From Auanema rhodensis (Eukaryota; Animalia; Nematoda), in the NCBI GenBank assembly GCA_964057225.1, contig OZ059898.1, forward strand, positions 10,850,001 to 10,914,000: a stretch of DNA of 64,000 nucleotides, read 5' to 3'. Below the pieces are notes generated by a model. It saw only the letters and a list, made by a program, of their open reading frames with translations. It did no database searches and had not been told where the DNA came from. Positions 1-13,300 of this stretch are shown here, piece after piece. Every line of letters starts with the position of its first letter. Within the stretch, counting starts at the first letter, position 1. A program made the position numbers and the translations under genes.

Positions 1-3000
1 AAGATTATGCAGATTGTGACGTTTTCACAAGTTTCTTCCATTAATGCTACAAGTAGTACGATCTGATGTTGCAAAATAAAGTAATTTCACAAATTCGCTG
101 GCTCAAATATTATTTAGGAAACTAATTATCAATTTAAACATCTTGAGAAATAATAATCATGAGAATTCATTCTTTTTTAATTATAAATTTTATTTAATGA
201 TATCAGAATTAATAAAAAGGGTTAAAAAAGTTGTTCCTTTGAAATGTTTGGTCAAAACAAAAAGTTGCCGTAAAATGAATTTTTTTTTGAGAAAGTTGTT
301 CCCAAGTTCATTCGGATATCTATTTTGGTTCATGAAAGCTTAACATTCTGGAATCGCTATGAAGAAGGATGCTATAAAGCTGTCAAATTTATGAGCAACA
401 TTTTTTGATAGAACAAGAATTTAAATAATTCTTTTTTTTTTGGGAAAAAAATGCGAAATGAATTGAAAAGAGAAGATGATGCTGTGTTGGGGAGAAAGTT
501 AAACTGTTCATGACAATTTAATAATTTAGTTTAAAGATTGTATAATTTATATAATATATTATCTTCAATATACTTTAAATGAATATATGACGTAGATAAA
601 AATATCTGTTTTAGACAGCATATTGAATGACTATGAATGAATGAATGAAAGATAAAATTATATATTGTTTTGGTTATTATGGATGTACATATCTTGTAAA
701 GAAATTATCAAATAAAGTTTTTTGTTTCTTATTTTGTAAATATTGAGTTTGAAATTAGAATCGTCCTCATCTGAATTATGTAGTCAGTTGCCAATGTTCG
801 GCTTTTCGTGAACTTGCAATATCGTAGGCTGGGTGAATGAATGCTTCACACAAATTTTGTATACGAACGTGTTGGTAAACATCAAACAAAGTAGCTGAGG
901 GAGACAAAAAAACTAAAATTTGTTGAAAAGTTGTAAAGATGCTCAGAATTTGATGTGGTTCATGTGTGTGTATACAATTAGATATTACGCTAAACAAGGA
1001 CAAGGTAGAATTTAATTTAAATTCTAAAATACGACCACAATACTACGTCTTCAGATGAAAATCTTCATTGACTGAATAGTTTGACGTGGAAGAACAGCTT
1101 TATTAAGATTGTGGATCAGGCAACACACTCCAGATTCTGATTAGCTGAAGAATCTCTGAAGTTGATGAGTAATAAGAGAGCAAGGATTGCAGGAAAGGAA
1201 GGGGGGAGGACAAAATAAGTGAAGGGGGTCTAAAAATGAATATAAACTGCAAAAAACATTGAAAGGTAGAAAGAAGTTTGAAATGTCAAAAGTCAAAATG
1301 TTGACCACAATGTAATTAAGATAAAAGATTCCTTTATTATTTTAATTATGAAAACAAGAGAACTGTTCAAATGAGTATATTAAACGTATAAATGTAAATT
1401 GTCAACTAGAAAAGTATTAGTTTCCCTAGTAAAAGGATATTGTAAGTTGAACAGGCACTTATAAGGTTCAGACATTGAATAGAAAAGTTTAATAACTTGA
1501 AGTAAGTTAAAAACTAAAATAGACATGAACAACAATCACAATTTGACTCGGTGAAAATTATAGGAAAGTATAATTAAAATTCTGAATAGCAGAATCTTTA
1601 TACTAAGTGCTGAAGTAAACATAAATTGGAATAATACGATGTGGGGCTGTAACTATGATGTGAAATTCTTGATTCTGATAAATATATTATTTTAAATAAG
1701 CTAGAATGAACAGCATAGGTGTGGAAAAATGACTGAATGAATATGATGCGAAGGTGAGTGGGATGTAAGGGTGGGGGGGCAGCATTGAACCAGCATGTCT
1801 ATGCTTCAGAACGACGTTATATGATCATGGTGAAGATAATGAAGACATTAGTGAAATCATTTACCGCTATTATGGGAATATTTAGAAAGTAATAGACCAA
1901 CAATACTTGTACATGACATGGAACTGAAAGATATCCTTTTATAGTCTCAGGCTTCTAAACACACCCACCATAAAGATTTCCCCGCCCATGAAAAAATGCA
2001 TGACGAGAAAGTGCTTGAAACTAAGAAAATGAAAGATGAGGAAAAGAAAAAAAGACGGAGGAGAAAGATGAAGATCTAGACAATTATGGAATAGCTGTGA
2101 TAATAGCGAAAGGGGTAGGTAGGCTACGAGAAAAGAAAAGAGAGAAAGAGAGAGAAAGATAGAGAAGTTACTGCTGAGTTAGTATGGTGAGCTCAACTTA
2201 TTATATGGCTACGCATATAGAAACCTTATTTCAGAATACAAATCTGGTGGCGATATCTAGAAAGTCGCTTTTCTATTCACAACGATAATTCGACTATAGA
2301 TTTGGTGGCCGACCAATTTCTTAGATGAAATACCATAGGCTTCAGATGGGAAACCATAGAAAGTATGATTTATAGAAAAAAGTAACGAGATTAAGTCTAA
2401 CACTAAGAAGCCAACAAAATGAAATACGCAATTTAGATACGAACGGTGGGTGGTTGATATTACGATACGAAATGAGAGGCTGGATAAGAGTGCAAAACAG
2501 CTCAGAATGAAGAGACATGTAGATCATAAGTGGAAAGAATAACAACGTATACAGAGCACCTAGAAACAACTTTCTGGATCAAATGAACACTTTCTTTCTG
2601 TGCAGATTTCAGATTGTTGATATCCATGGAATAATAACATGCGTAGGTGCCAATGGGAAGGAAATAGAATTCAAAATACTCGAAAAAAGTTATGAAATAG
2701 ACGAATATAGGGGATATCAGACAAGATCAGACTATGATGACCCTATCTTCAAAACTGAACAGACAAGCTATTCAGTTTTGAATGTGTAGGTATGAGGGTG
2801 TGCGTGTTTGCTTCTGCGTGAGGTTGTCTTCGAACAGGCAGATTCAGACGCTGGCAGTAGCCAACAGACACCGCGTGCTTCCATTCCATTTCTTCTAATT
2901 TTGGTCAAAGCATTGAGCCGAAAAATAAACAGAGCGAAAAAAAAGGAGATGAACGGATAGCAGTTCATATGACCAGTTGAATATGAGATGTTGACGCATA

Positions 3001-4391
3001 CATGTAACTCAGTCGCTGTGTTGAACGTAGTCGCCGAACGTCCAAAAGATCCAATAGCGAACAAGCATCTTCATCATGAATTGAAAATATCATATGTATT
3101 GTTGTGATTGGGTTCATCGTCATCAATCTCATAGATTAAACATAGACGATGCGCTAGCAGCTCCGATAAAAAGTAGACAAGTCAATTCAAAATTAGATGA
3201 AAAGAAGAAAAAGCTGCCCAAATTTGACGTCACCGTAGGAAATACATTCATATGAAAAAACTATTTCATACGAATGAAAATCTATATAAGGAAACAATGT
3301 ACTCAGTTATTATAAAATAAAAAAAATAAAAAAAAACCTTTAAAATATTTTATTAAATAAACAATCACATCACAGAATACAAATGAAATTAAAAATATAC
3401 CTAAAATAATGATTACATGTATACATCTGTTTATATTTAAATATATTGAAGTATATTTATTATATTATATATATATAAATATAAATATATATACATAAAT
3501 GACGTAACTGGGTTGATTACTTAATATTCACTGAATTTATTATCAAAATATATATTATTAAATAGCTGTAAACTATACATCCTTTTTATATATTAAAGTT
3601 CTTGTGTGTTAATCAACCAAAAATATTCACTGTGTCTGTCTGTCGATCAGCTAAAGAGCAGATGAACCAGCAAAATTCTGAAACATTTTTTAATGAAGGA
3701 CATCTCTTCTAAGCAGAATTGTTTCCATAAATAAGAAAAAATAAATGTTTGACCTCATAAGCCATATTTACATCAAGTTGTCATTGTCCATATCAGAATG
3801 TTTAAATGAAAAATATTTAAGAGCAGATTCTGTCGATATGGTAAATCATATATAATAATTTTAATTTTTTCTATTATTTAAAATATAATAAACTTCAAAA
3901 AAAAACTTTTTATTAGATCAATGACAATGAACATACATTTTGAATTTGAATTTCTATTACTGTAAAATAAAATGTCGCATTGAGAGAGTATTCTATGAGT
4001 ACTTTTCTGTCATACTGTTTTTTTCTTTTTATGGAAAATTATATAATCATTGATTAGAAAATTAAAAAAGAAAGAAAATTAATTTTTTTTAAAAATAAAA
4101 TTCGAACATTAAAGGTGGAATATGAAAATGATGCATCAAAAGATCATCTAAGGGTTGTATACAAGTTTATTAAAGTCTTAAAAACAATTGCAATAGAATA
4201 TTTTGAAAACATAGGACACATGGCTTACTTAAAATGCTTTACTTGTAGTTCTATAAAAATATGGGTGAAAAAAAGTGACTATATGCTGGTAACAATGCAA
4301 TAAATATTACAAACTAAAAAAAGAAATAGAAAAAGAGAGCACCATTTTGATATAAAATATTATTATAAACTGTATATTTCAAATTAAATTC

Positions 4392-7300
4392 TTAGATCAT
4401 AGCATTTTTCTCATTTAATATTTTCAGAATTTTATTTCTGGTCAATGGGGCATTATATTGGATGAATTTTTCAGATGCTGGACATGCTGCTTCAATAGCA
4501 TTAAGTAGACCTGAGTAGACGGCAATAGCTAGTAGTAGTGGAGGTTCACCAATTCCCTATAAGACAAAGTAATATTTATTATACATATATTAATAATAAA
4601 GAATCTTATGGATAAGTAAGAATATGAGGTTATATGTAATTACCTTTGAAGAATAGACACACTCAGGAAAAGTGGGACCATCTTTCATCAGCTTAATTCG
4701 AAACTGTTGGGGAACCATACATGGTGTTGGAGCACGATACTTGTATAATGAGTCTAATAATGGACGTCCATTTTGCTTATCATATGGCATAGATTCGCAA
4801 ACAAATTGTCCATACCCCTACAATAATTATTCGTCATAATTCTTAAAATTGTATTGGTTAAATTGATTAAAAAACATTTTGTATAATTTATAATTATAAA
4901 ATAAGAATCTTCAGATTAAGAATTTAGCTATAAAGCAATGTGAAATGAAAAAAAAACTTAAATACTTATTTAGCAATCCCGTCTCTCTCTTTCTTCATCT
5001 CATATATTTGTATAACTCAATATGTACTCTTTATTTTAAGATATTTGTATTCAGTTGACCAATTCATGCCAAAATAGTTATTTATAGCATCTTTTCAATC
5101 TGTTGTGTGCTGTGTGGCTTCTCAATACTAATCAACAAATTAAAATGAGAAGTCTTTCAAATGTATAAGAAGCTACCTATCATATAATTTAAATAGTTAA
5201 ATTGATATATAGTGTAATATAAAGTAATTACAATATTAATTTTTAAATATTATGTAAATAATAAAAAAAATTAAGATTCACGCGCTACGTGAAAGTGCTG
5301 GACATTTTTCATTTTCAGAACTATAGTATATGAGCACTGGTTGCATTTTTCTTTTCAAATATCTTTTCTTATTCAATCTATTTTTATAATGAAACTTGAT
5401 ATATAGACACTGACCTGTACAAATGCCCCTTCAATCTGACCAATATCAATAGCAGGATTAACACTTTTTCCGACATCCATAACAATATCAACAGTTTTTA
5501 ACTGAAAACAAAGTAATTTGTTTCAAAGTACTTAGTATAATCGAATTTCGAATAGCATATACTAACTATGTGGTCTCCAGTTCGACAATCTAATTCTACG
5601 ACAACGCAAGCAGCGCCAGTTGTAAAGTATGTTGAACGATTTTCTTCTATTCCATACTTTTTTCGGTCAATTCTATAATGAAGCATAGGTGAAGCAATAT
5701 TCTACATCATAAACTACGATATATTTTCCGTTGCTTGTAATGGAAGCTTTTTCTGATAAGCTTCTAATACAACTTCAGGCCATGATTTAGAATCACATCT
5801 GAGAGGATCAATTCCTTCACGTAAACGAAGACAGGCAGCCTATACATAATATGATACAATTCTTGTTTCAAATGTAAATATTGAAAGTACATAATTTCAC
5901 AACACTAAATATATCCCAAATTATAAAAACTAGCGTAATATCTCATAAATTTAAGTAAAAAAAGAATATATGGCGTCACACTAGATTGAAAACATGTTAA
6001 ATATGCATTTCGGGTGGTTTCACTCAAAATCAGCAAAAAGGAGCTTGCAGACGAAGCAACTCATAAATTTTATGATGTTCGCACTTTTAACCCCTCATTT
6101 ACTCACTCATTCACTCATTTTAATTTAATTTTTGTATAAATTATAAAAAAAGATAAATTGCGTAATGTTAATGAGACCTACCTACTATTAAATGAAAAAA
6201 GATGAAGAAGTAAAAGAAGAAAAAGAAAGAGGAATGACGCAAAGGCTCTATTTTATGGTAATATACTATTGCTATCCTAATATTCACACGAAATATTAAA
6301 AATGAAAGGAAATGAAAATACATGAATATACTGCGAGCTTTTCGTTTTTCAAAAAAAAAAGAAGAAGGAAGCTATTTCTCAAAAGTACCTGAACTGCTCG
6401 ACCATGTAAATCAGTTCCCTGACTACCTCCTGTTTCAGGTGCATTAGCTGTCTTATCAGTACTTCCACATAGAATATTGATGTGACTAATTGGAACCTGA
6501 AAACTCGAATATATGAATGTCACATAGTAGAACAGAAATGTATATTCTGTTGCTTACATCAAGAGCACGGCTTGCAACTTGCTGGATTTTAACTGATAAA
6601 CCTTGTCCCATTTCAATTCCTCCAATGGATACCGCAACACTTCCATCCAGAAAGATCTGAACTAAAGCTGCAGCCTGAAAATATATGTTCATTGAAATTG
6701 AGAAATATGTTGGAAAGATACCTGTTCCATATAACCACCATGTGTCATACCATATCTTACAGAAGACATCGAGATTCCTCGTTTTTTAAATTTATTATTA
6801 CTTAAAATAAATATTAAAAAAAATAATATTTTATTTGTAACAATACCTGTTGAAGATAGAGACATCTTTCTTCAATTTTTCATAATTGCTAAATTGCTTA
6901 GTTTCTCTCCATACATCATGCATTGAATCAGAATGAATTAAGTTGCCCATATTCGTTCGTAATCCAACTTTATTGAAATTGAGTTCTTTTATCTTAAATG
7001 ATATATCTTTTAAAGCAATATGTATAATAGTATGTTACTTCAACCAAATCTTTCTTAATTGTTACAGACAAATGTTTCAGCATGCATTCAATAGCATAGG
7101 TTGCTTGTGGATTACCAAAGCCTCTGTAAAATAGAAAAAAATTATATGATTATATATGACGTCATAATTATAATTTTATCGGTAAGTTATGAAAACGTTT
7201 ATACCTCATAGCTGTATGAGATGTTTTATTTGTTTTTACACCGTAACCTTCAACTCGCATATACGGAATATGGTAACATGCATCAGCGCCTATGCCTGCA

Positions 7301-10300
7301 CCGACAAATACAACCTGAATATGTCTACTTAATTTTATATTATAATATTATATATAATATAATGAATAAGATATCTACCCATTCTGAATGATCAATGAAA
7401 GCTCCCCCATCCAAATACAATTTATAATCCAAAGCGTGAAGGCGACCGTTACGGTCAGCTCCCAGCCTAAAAATTTCAATTTGGTATTTTAGAACACCTA
7501 GCTCGATCATTAAAAAAACGTTTCAATTATTAAGTAATAACCTGTATTTAATATATGCTGGATGTCTTCCTCCAGTAATCAAGAAATCTTCCTCACGGCT
7601 ATACACACAGCTTGCTGTCTTTTTCAACTTCAGAGAGGTTAGAGCAGCATAGCAAGATGGTTGAACACTTTGAGCACATTTTCCACCAAAAGCTCCTCCA
7701 ACTCGTTTTACCTTTAAGCAGAAACCATTGAAGAGGATTAATTAAATCATAGAGCACCTGAACAACAACTTTATTTGAAGGAAGACCTAGGAAACAAGCA
7801 GTCAAAAGGTGAACATTTGACATAGCTTGTGTGGAGGAATGAATAATTCTGAAATTTATGAAAAATTCTGTACTTTCATATGTAGTAGCGTTTTACATTT
7901 CGTCATGATCACCCGGTTTAGCAATAGCTGTTTGCGTTTCCAAGTAAATATGTTGTTGACCATCAATCTCTGTTTCTCCTAAATATTATTTTGAATTATT
8001 TTTGTATTCATATTATACGTTTTAGTATTGAATACATATTAATTAAGTGAAGCTATTCTCAGATGTATTCTGAAGCTAATCATAGATGTTTGATTCAATT
8101 TTGTAATTTTAAAAACTTTATTTGATATATTAGCTCATAGGAACGGGTAATATTTGAATTTGAAAACTGAAAACTAACCTTCGAGTATAACTTCACATTT
8201 TTTAATTTCAGCTTCTACTTCATCAACTTCTTTACCAAAAACTTTTCTTTCAAATAGCCAGCTTTCTTTTTCAAGCGCATCCTATAGAAAGAAAAAAAAA
8301 CATTTTTGAGTAAGTTATATTGCTTACTTTTAACTCAATAATAGCTTCTTCTTTTTCATAGGTAACATCAACTAGATTAACAGCACGTCTTGCTATTTCA
8401 ACATTTGTTGCAACCACAATTCCAATTGGTTGACCAACATATTCAACCTAATTAGTCATAATAGAATAAAATTATAATTTGCTCAAATATGTATTACCTG
8501 ACCATTTGCGAATACAGGTGTATCATCATACAAGGCGTTATATGGTTGTTTGGCACAGAAATTATTTCCATTAGCCGGAATATCCTAAAAGAACATTATA
8601 TTAAAAGAAAACATAAAATTTATAACTTTATAATCATAGAAAGCTATAACTCCATCAGTAGCTAATGCTTTAGAGGCGTCGATCGAAATAATTTTTCCTT
8701 TTGGAATAGTTGATAACACCATAGCAATATGTACCATATCTTAATGAAATATTCATTTTTATAATATGAATTTAAGTTTATGTGAAAATCTAAAGAGTAG
8801 AACCTCCAAATTTTAAATCTCCATGAAAAGTAGCTTCCCCTGTTGTGGCTATTTCACATGACATATGTGAGAGAGGTCTTCCGACTCCATCACCAGCTGG
8901 TTGATTATCATCTACTGCCTGACATAATAAACAAATACATATAGATGTTTTGATAATTATAGGATAACAAACAGTAAATATCTGAACTGAAGCAAGCTTC
9001 TCCTCAATATTCGTTAAACCATTCTTAGTAACATCATGATGAACTCCAAATGATTTACTGACTATTCCTCTGACAAGTTGCCATTGTGCAGTTCCGAAAG
9101 CATTTTCAATTTGATGTTGTGATGTTTCAAGCCAGTCAGCATGATTTGTGGCAAGATCTTCGAAAGTTCTAAAATAAAAAACAAATTCATTTTCACTTAT
9201 GTACATAAATCTATTAGATTTTTTGTTTAATTTATCATATAATAATAATCCAACACGTTAATATTGTTTATTCAGATTTAATCATAAAGCGTGGCATGAT
9301 GTTTAATACCTCAGGGTTGACAACATATTATTCCATTCCTGAGCTTATATTACAGTCATTTTTGAAAAATTACTTTAGTTGATTTACTGTTAATAGCTCG
9401 ATTTATTTTTTTTTAATACCAAAAATATATATTATGATAAAATTATAGTTAATTGAATAATGGTATCAAACCATCGCCATGCTGTACCTAATTCTGTGGC
9501 TGCTGCAAATCCCCGGGGCTCACGATGTATTTCTTTTTTTTGTCATACACTTTACGTGAATATAATTTCTTTTCAGTTTTCATAATTGCTCAAATACTTA
9601 GTTTTCTACTTTTAGCTTCAGGAATAGGATTATATGCTGTATGTTAAGTAGACAAACTTAATATAAGAATAATTTCATTTGTAGGGTGATGCTTATCGTA
9701 AATTTACAAATCCCAATCAGGCAAGTCAAGAAAATGCAGGAATTAGAGCAGTATTCACTGATTCGGCTAGAAATTCTGATAATAGTAAGTTTTCTCTAGT
9801 CAATTACGTACATAGTAGAGAATAAAATGTTTCAGTCTCAACAGAAATTGAAATTGAAAGAAGTTCAAAAGAATTTCAGGCAGATAAAACTGTCTCTCTT
9901 GTTCCCAATACCAATGCTAAAGTGGATCAAGCTGATATAACAGCCAAACCAAAAGCACAAACGCAGCAGTCTGAAGCTCATATCCTAATTAATCCTGACG
10001 TAGTAAAGGATATTATTGATAAATTACCAGTAACGCCTGTCCTTACGGAAAACTTTAAAGAGGAAAATATCGAATATTTAGGTCAAAATGAGGATAGTGA
10101 CGTCATTAATGAAATGAAACTTGAAGCTTCCGAAGTTGTAGAAGCCACTCCACAAGTGCAAATTCAAGACGTTCCTATACTTCCTACTCCAATTTATGAT
10201 CAACCTATAGCTGTTGATCCTATTTCATACACTATTGAAAACGTCCAGGAAAACAGCATAGTACATCCTGATGCTTCAAGCGCTTTTAACGACGCTGTGG

Positions 10301-13300
10301 CTGAAAATATCCAGCCTCTTATTCAAAATATACAACAACCAATCGAAAGTATTGCTCTCCAGACAGCGGAAGTTGAGCTGATACAGCAAGATATAACGCA
10401 CCAATTGAACCAAGAACCACAGATTTTGGATAATGAGCCAAAAATTCTCATCAAACAAACAAATGAGAATGGTCATCAGGACAACACGGCTTCTGAGCAT
10501 ATTTCTCAGATATTGACAGAATTGAGTCAAGTTAGTATAGATGAATCTCTTCAACCAATAATACAAGAACTCCAACTGGAACAACAGCAAAACAGACCAC
10601 AGCCAGATGTACAATCAGAAGAAAGCCAACCGGAAATCCATCCCCAGATATTACCCGACACTCCAATTGAAAATTTGCCAGAAGTTAAACAAGAAGTTCC
10701 ATCAGAAAGCCAGCTCATCATTCAATCGGAACTTCAACCTAGTTTCGAAAACAACCCAGAATCAGAACCGCAGATTGAGCCCGTCATTCAACCTGTTGTC
10801 CAGCCGGAAATTCAGTCTGGAGGTTTTCTTGATGCACATCAAATTCAACCCAACTTTCCAACAGAAGCTCAATCTGAAGTTCAACCAGAAGTTCAATCTG
10901 ATGTTCAATCTGAAGTTCAACCAGATGCTCAATCTGAAGTTCAACCAGATGCTCAACCTGAAGTTCAACCTGAAGTTCAACCAGATGCTCAACCTGAAGT
11001 TCAACCAGCTGCTCAACCTGATGCTCAACCTGAAGTGATACCGGAAAACGAAGCCGTCGTTGAACCTGAAATCTTACAAGAGATTCAGCCTGGAAACCTC
11101 AACAATGATGAAGAAGTAATTCAACCTGAACTTCCTTCAGTAACTCAGCTGGACATTCAAGTCCAATCTCAGCCGGATCCTCAAACTGTAATTGAACCCA
11201 CTCTACAATCTGAGATTCAACAAGAAATAATATCAGAATCTGTGCAAGAAGAAGCACAGCAAGTCAATTTAGAAATCACAGAGCAGTCTGTTATTTCGAA
11301 CATAAACAGCCAATCCGGAAATGTTCCTAACGCTGAAACTCAGATGCCAGAGTCGGGAGCAGTTCTTCCTCTAGAAGCTACTTTGATAGATGTAATATCT
11401 TCCAACCCAATAGTTAATTCACCAGAAGCAGTTCAAATACAAGTAGAGCAAGCCTAACTCAATAATCATTATGCTGAGTTCTACCACTTCAAGACAGATC
11501 AAGGAAACGCTCAAAACCATTTGAAAATATAATGTTATTATTAGGATGACATTGCTTTGCTTCAGTCATACTTCTCAAATTATAATTCAATTACATGTTT
11601 GTTCTTTTACTTATTTTATAAATTTTTGAAAATAAAATAAAATTCTATACGTACTTGTTCATAATCATTTTTTCAAATCCGTTTAGTTGAATAACAGTTT
11701 TCCGATCGCTGAATATCATACAGCTTTCAGAAATAGACTGTGATCCTCTTATCAACATAGCATAGTTTAGATATGTAGCATCTGGACCAGGACGATCACC
11801 GTACTTACCAGCGATAAACTTTCCATCCTGAACAAATTAAGAAACTGAATAATTATTTTCTACTAAATAGCTAACCAAATGCCGAGGAATATAAATTCTC
11901 TCAATGAAACATCCCTCTTTTACTAATTCTCTCAACTTCGTACCAGCTTCAACTTCAATTGTTTTCTGATTGCGATCACGTAACACAACTTTTGCTTTCA
12001 AAGCTCTTGATAAAACTTCAGTATCACTAATGTTTACACCAGATAATGCACCAGCCCATGACTAAAAAATATAGATTTATGCTTATAATATTAAGAAAAA
12101 CTGAAATTAATTGTTTTACTTACACTAGCATTAAATACTTGATGTGATGAGAAATTATTGTACATTGATATAAAGGCTTTTGAAATATTCGAATCACAGT
12201 GTTTTTTGATATATTCTGATAGCTCACGAATAGTTGATGCTGCTCCAACACTTAAGAAATCTTCAGTTATCTAAATGTATCCAATTCATTATTCTCTCTG
12301 TTCTCAATCACAATCTAACCTCAATTTTTTGAAATTCTGGTATAAAATTGATACAAATCCATTGTTCTTTTATTTCTGTTTGATAAAATGATTCTACAAT
12401 TTTGTTAGTTTATTAGATTTAAATATTAAAAATACCAAATCTTGTCAGAAGCCCGGAAGAAACAAATTTTATAGGAAAACCGGACGATCGACTGTTAAAC
12501 AAGTTCAAAACGTCATGAAATTCCGAGAGTGATATAGGAGCTGCGAGAGCAACTCGTTTTGACTCCAGGATTAAACCTGTTTTTGGTTTGTTTTCCTTTA
12601 ATTATATTTCAAAATAGAAATCATGACTTTCATATGAACTCACAATTAGCGAAGCAGGAAAAATTAAGTTTTGAGTTTCATGTAAAGGTGAAAAGTTGGC
12701 AGGAGTGCTTTGAATATCAACATCAGAATCATTCGTTTTACATGGGCAACCTTGTCCAGTTTTGCCTTTACAACATCCACTGTCAGCAAATGATTGGAAA
12801 GCTTCAATAATTGGACGATATCCAGTGCAACGACACAAGTTTCCTAGCAAATTTGCTGTTTTTCATGAGCTATTGTAAATTTTCTAAACCTTTAATAGCC
12901 TGATTAATTTCAGAAATGGTTGGTTTTCCGGCAGTTTCCATTAATAATGCATACATTGACATAACAAATCCAGGAGAACAGAATCCACCTAAGAGATTAT
13001 AATAATATTTTTGAATAAAATTCTTGTAAACAAACATTGAGTTCCATTGCCCAGGGCTAATCGTTTTTGCACTTCATGAATTTTTGATTTATTGCCGACA
13101 CCTTCAACGGTTATCACAAATTTGCCGTCAGCAAGCCAGAGAGGAAACAAACACGCATTAACAGCTTTATAGCTAAATAAAATAAATTGTTGTTGTTCAA
13201 AAGATTTTTGGCTTTTTTTGGATTATAATATTACTTCGGTCGCGGTTGAGCGTACTCAGCAACCACTACGGTACATGATCCACAACTTCCTTCTTCACAT

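Noticed and set aside
2583-3064. ORFs 2583-2789(+) and 2768-3064(-) in a GC-richer patch
   Set aside because: No recognisable motifs and no chain of phase-compatible exons; more likely regulatory or UTR sequence.
10276-11038. Overlapping ORFs 10276-10614(-), 10607-11038(+) and 10762-11028(-)
   Set aside because: Shadow frames of the repetitive nested coding exon.
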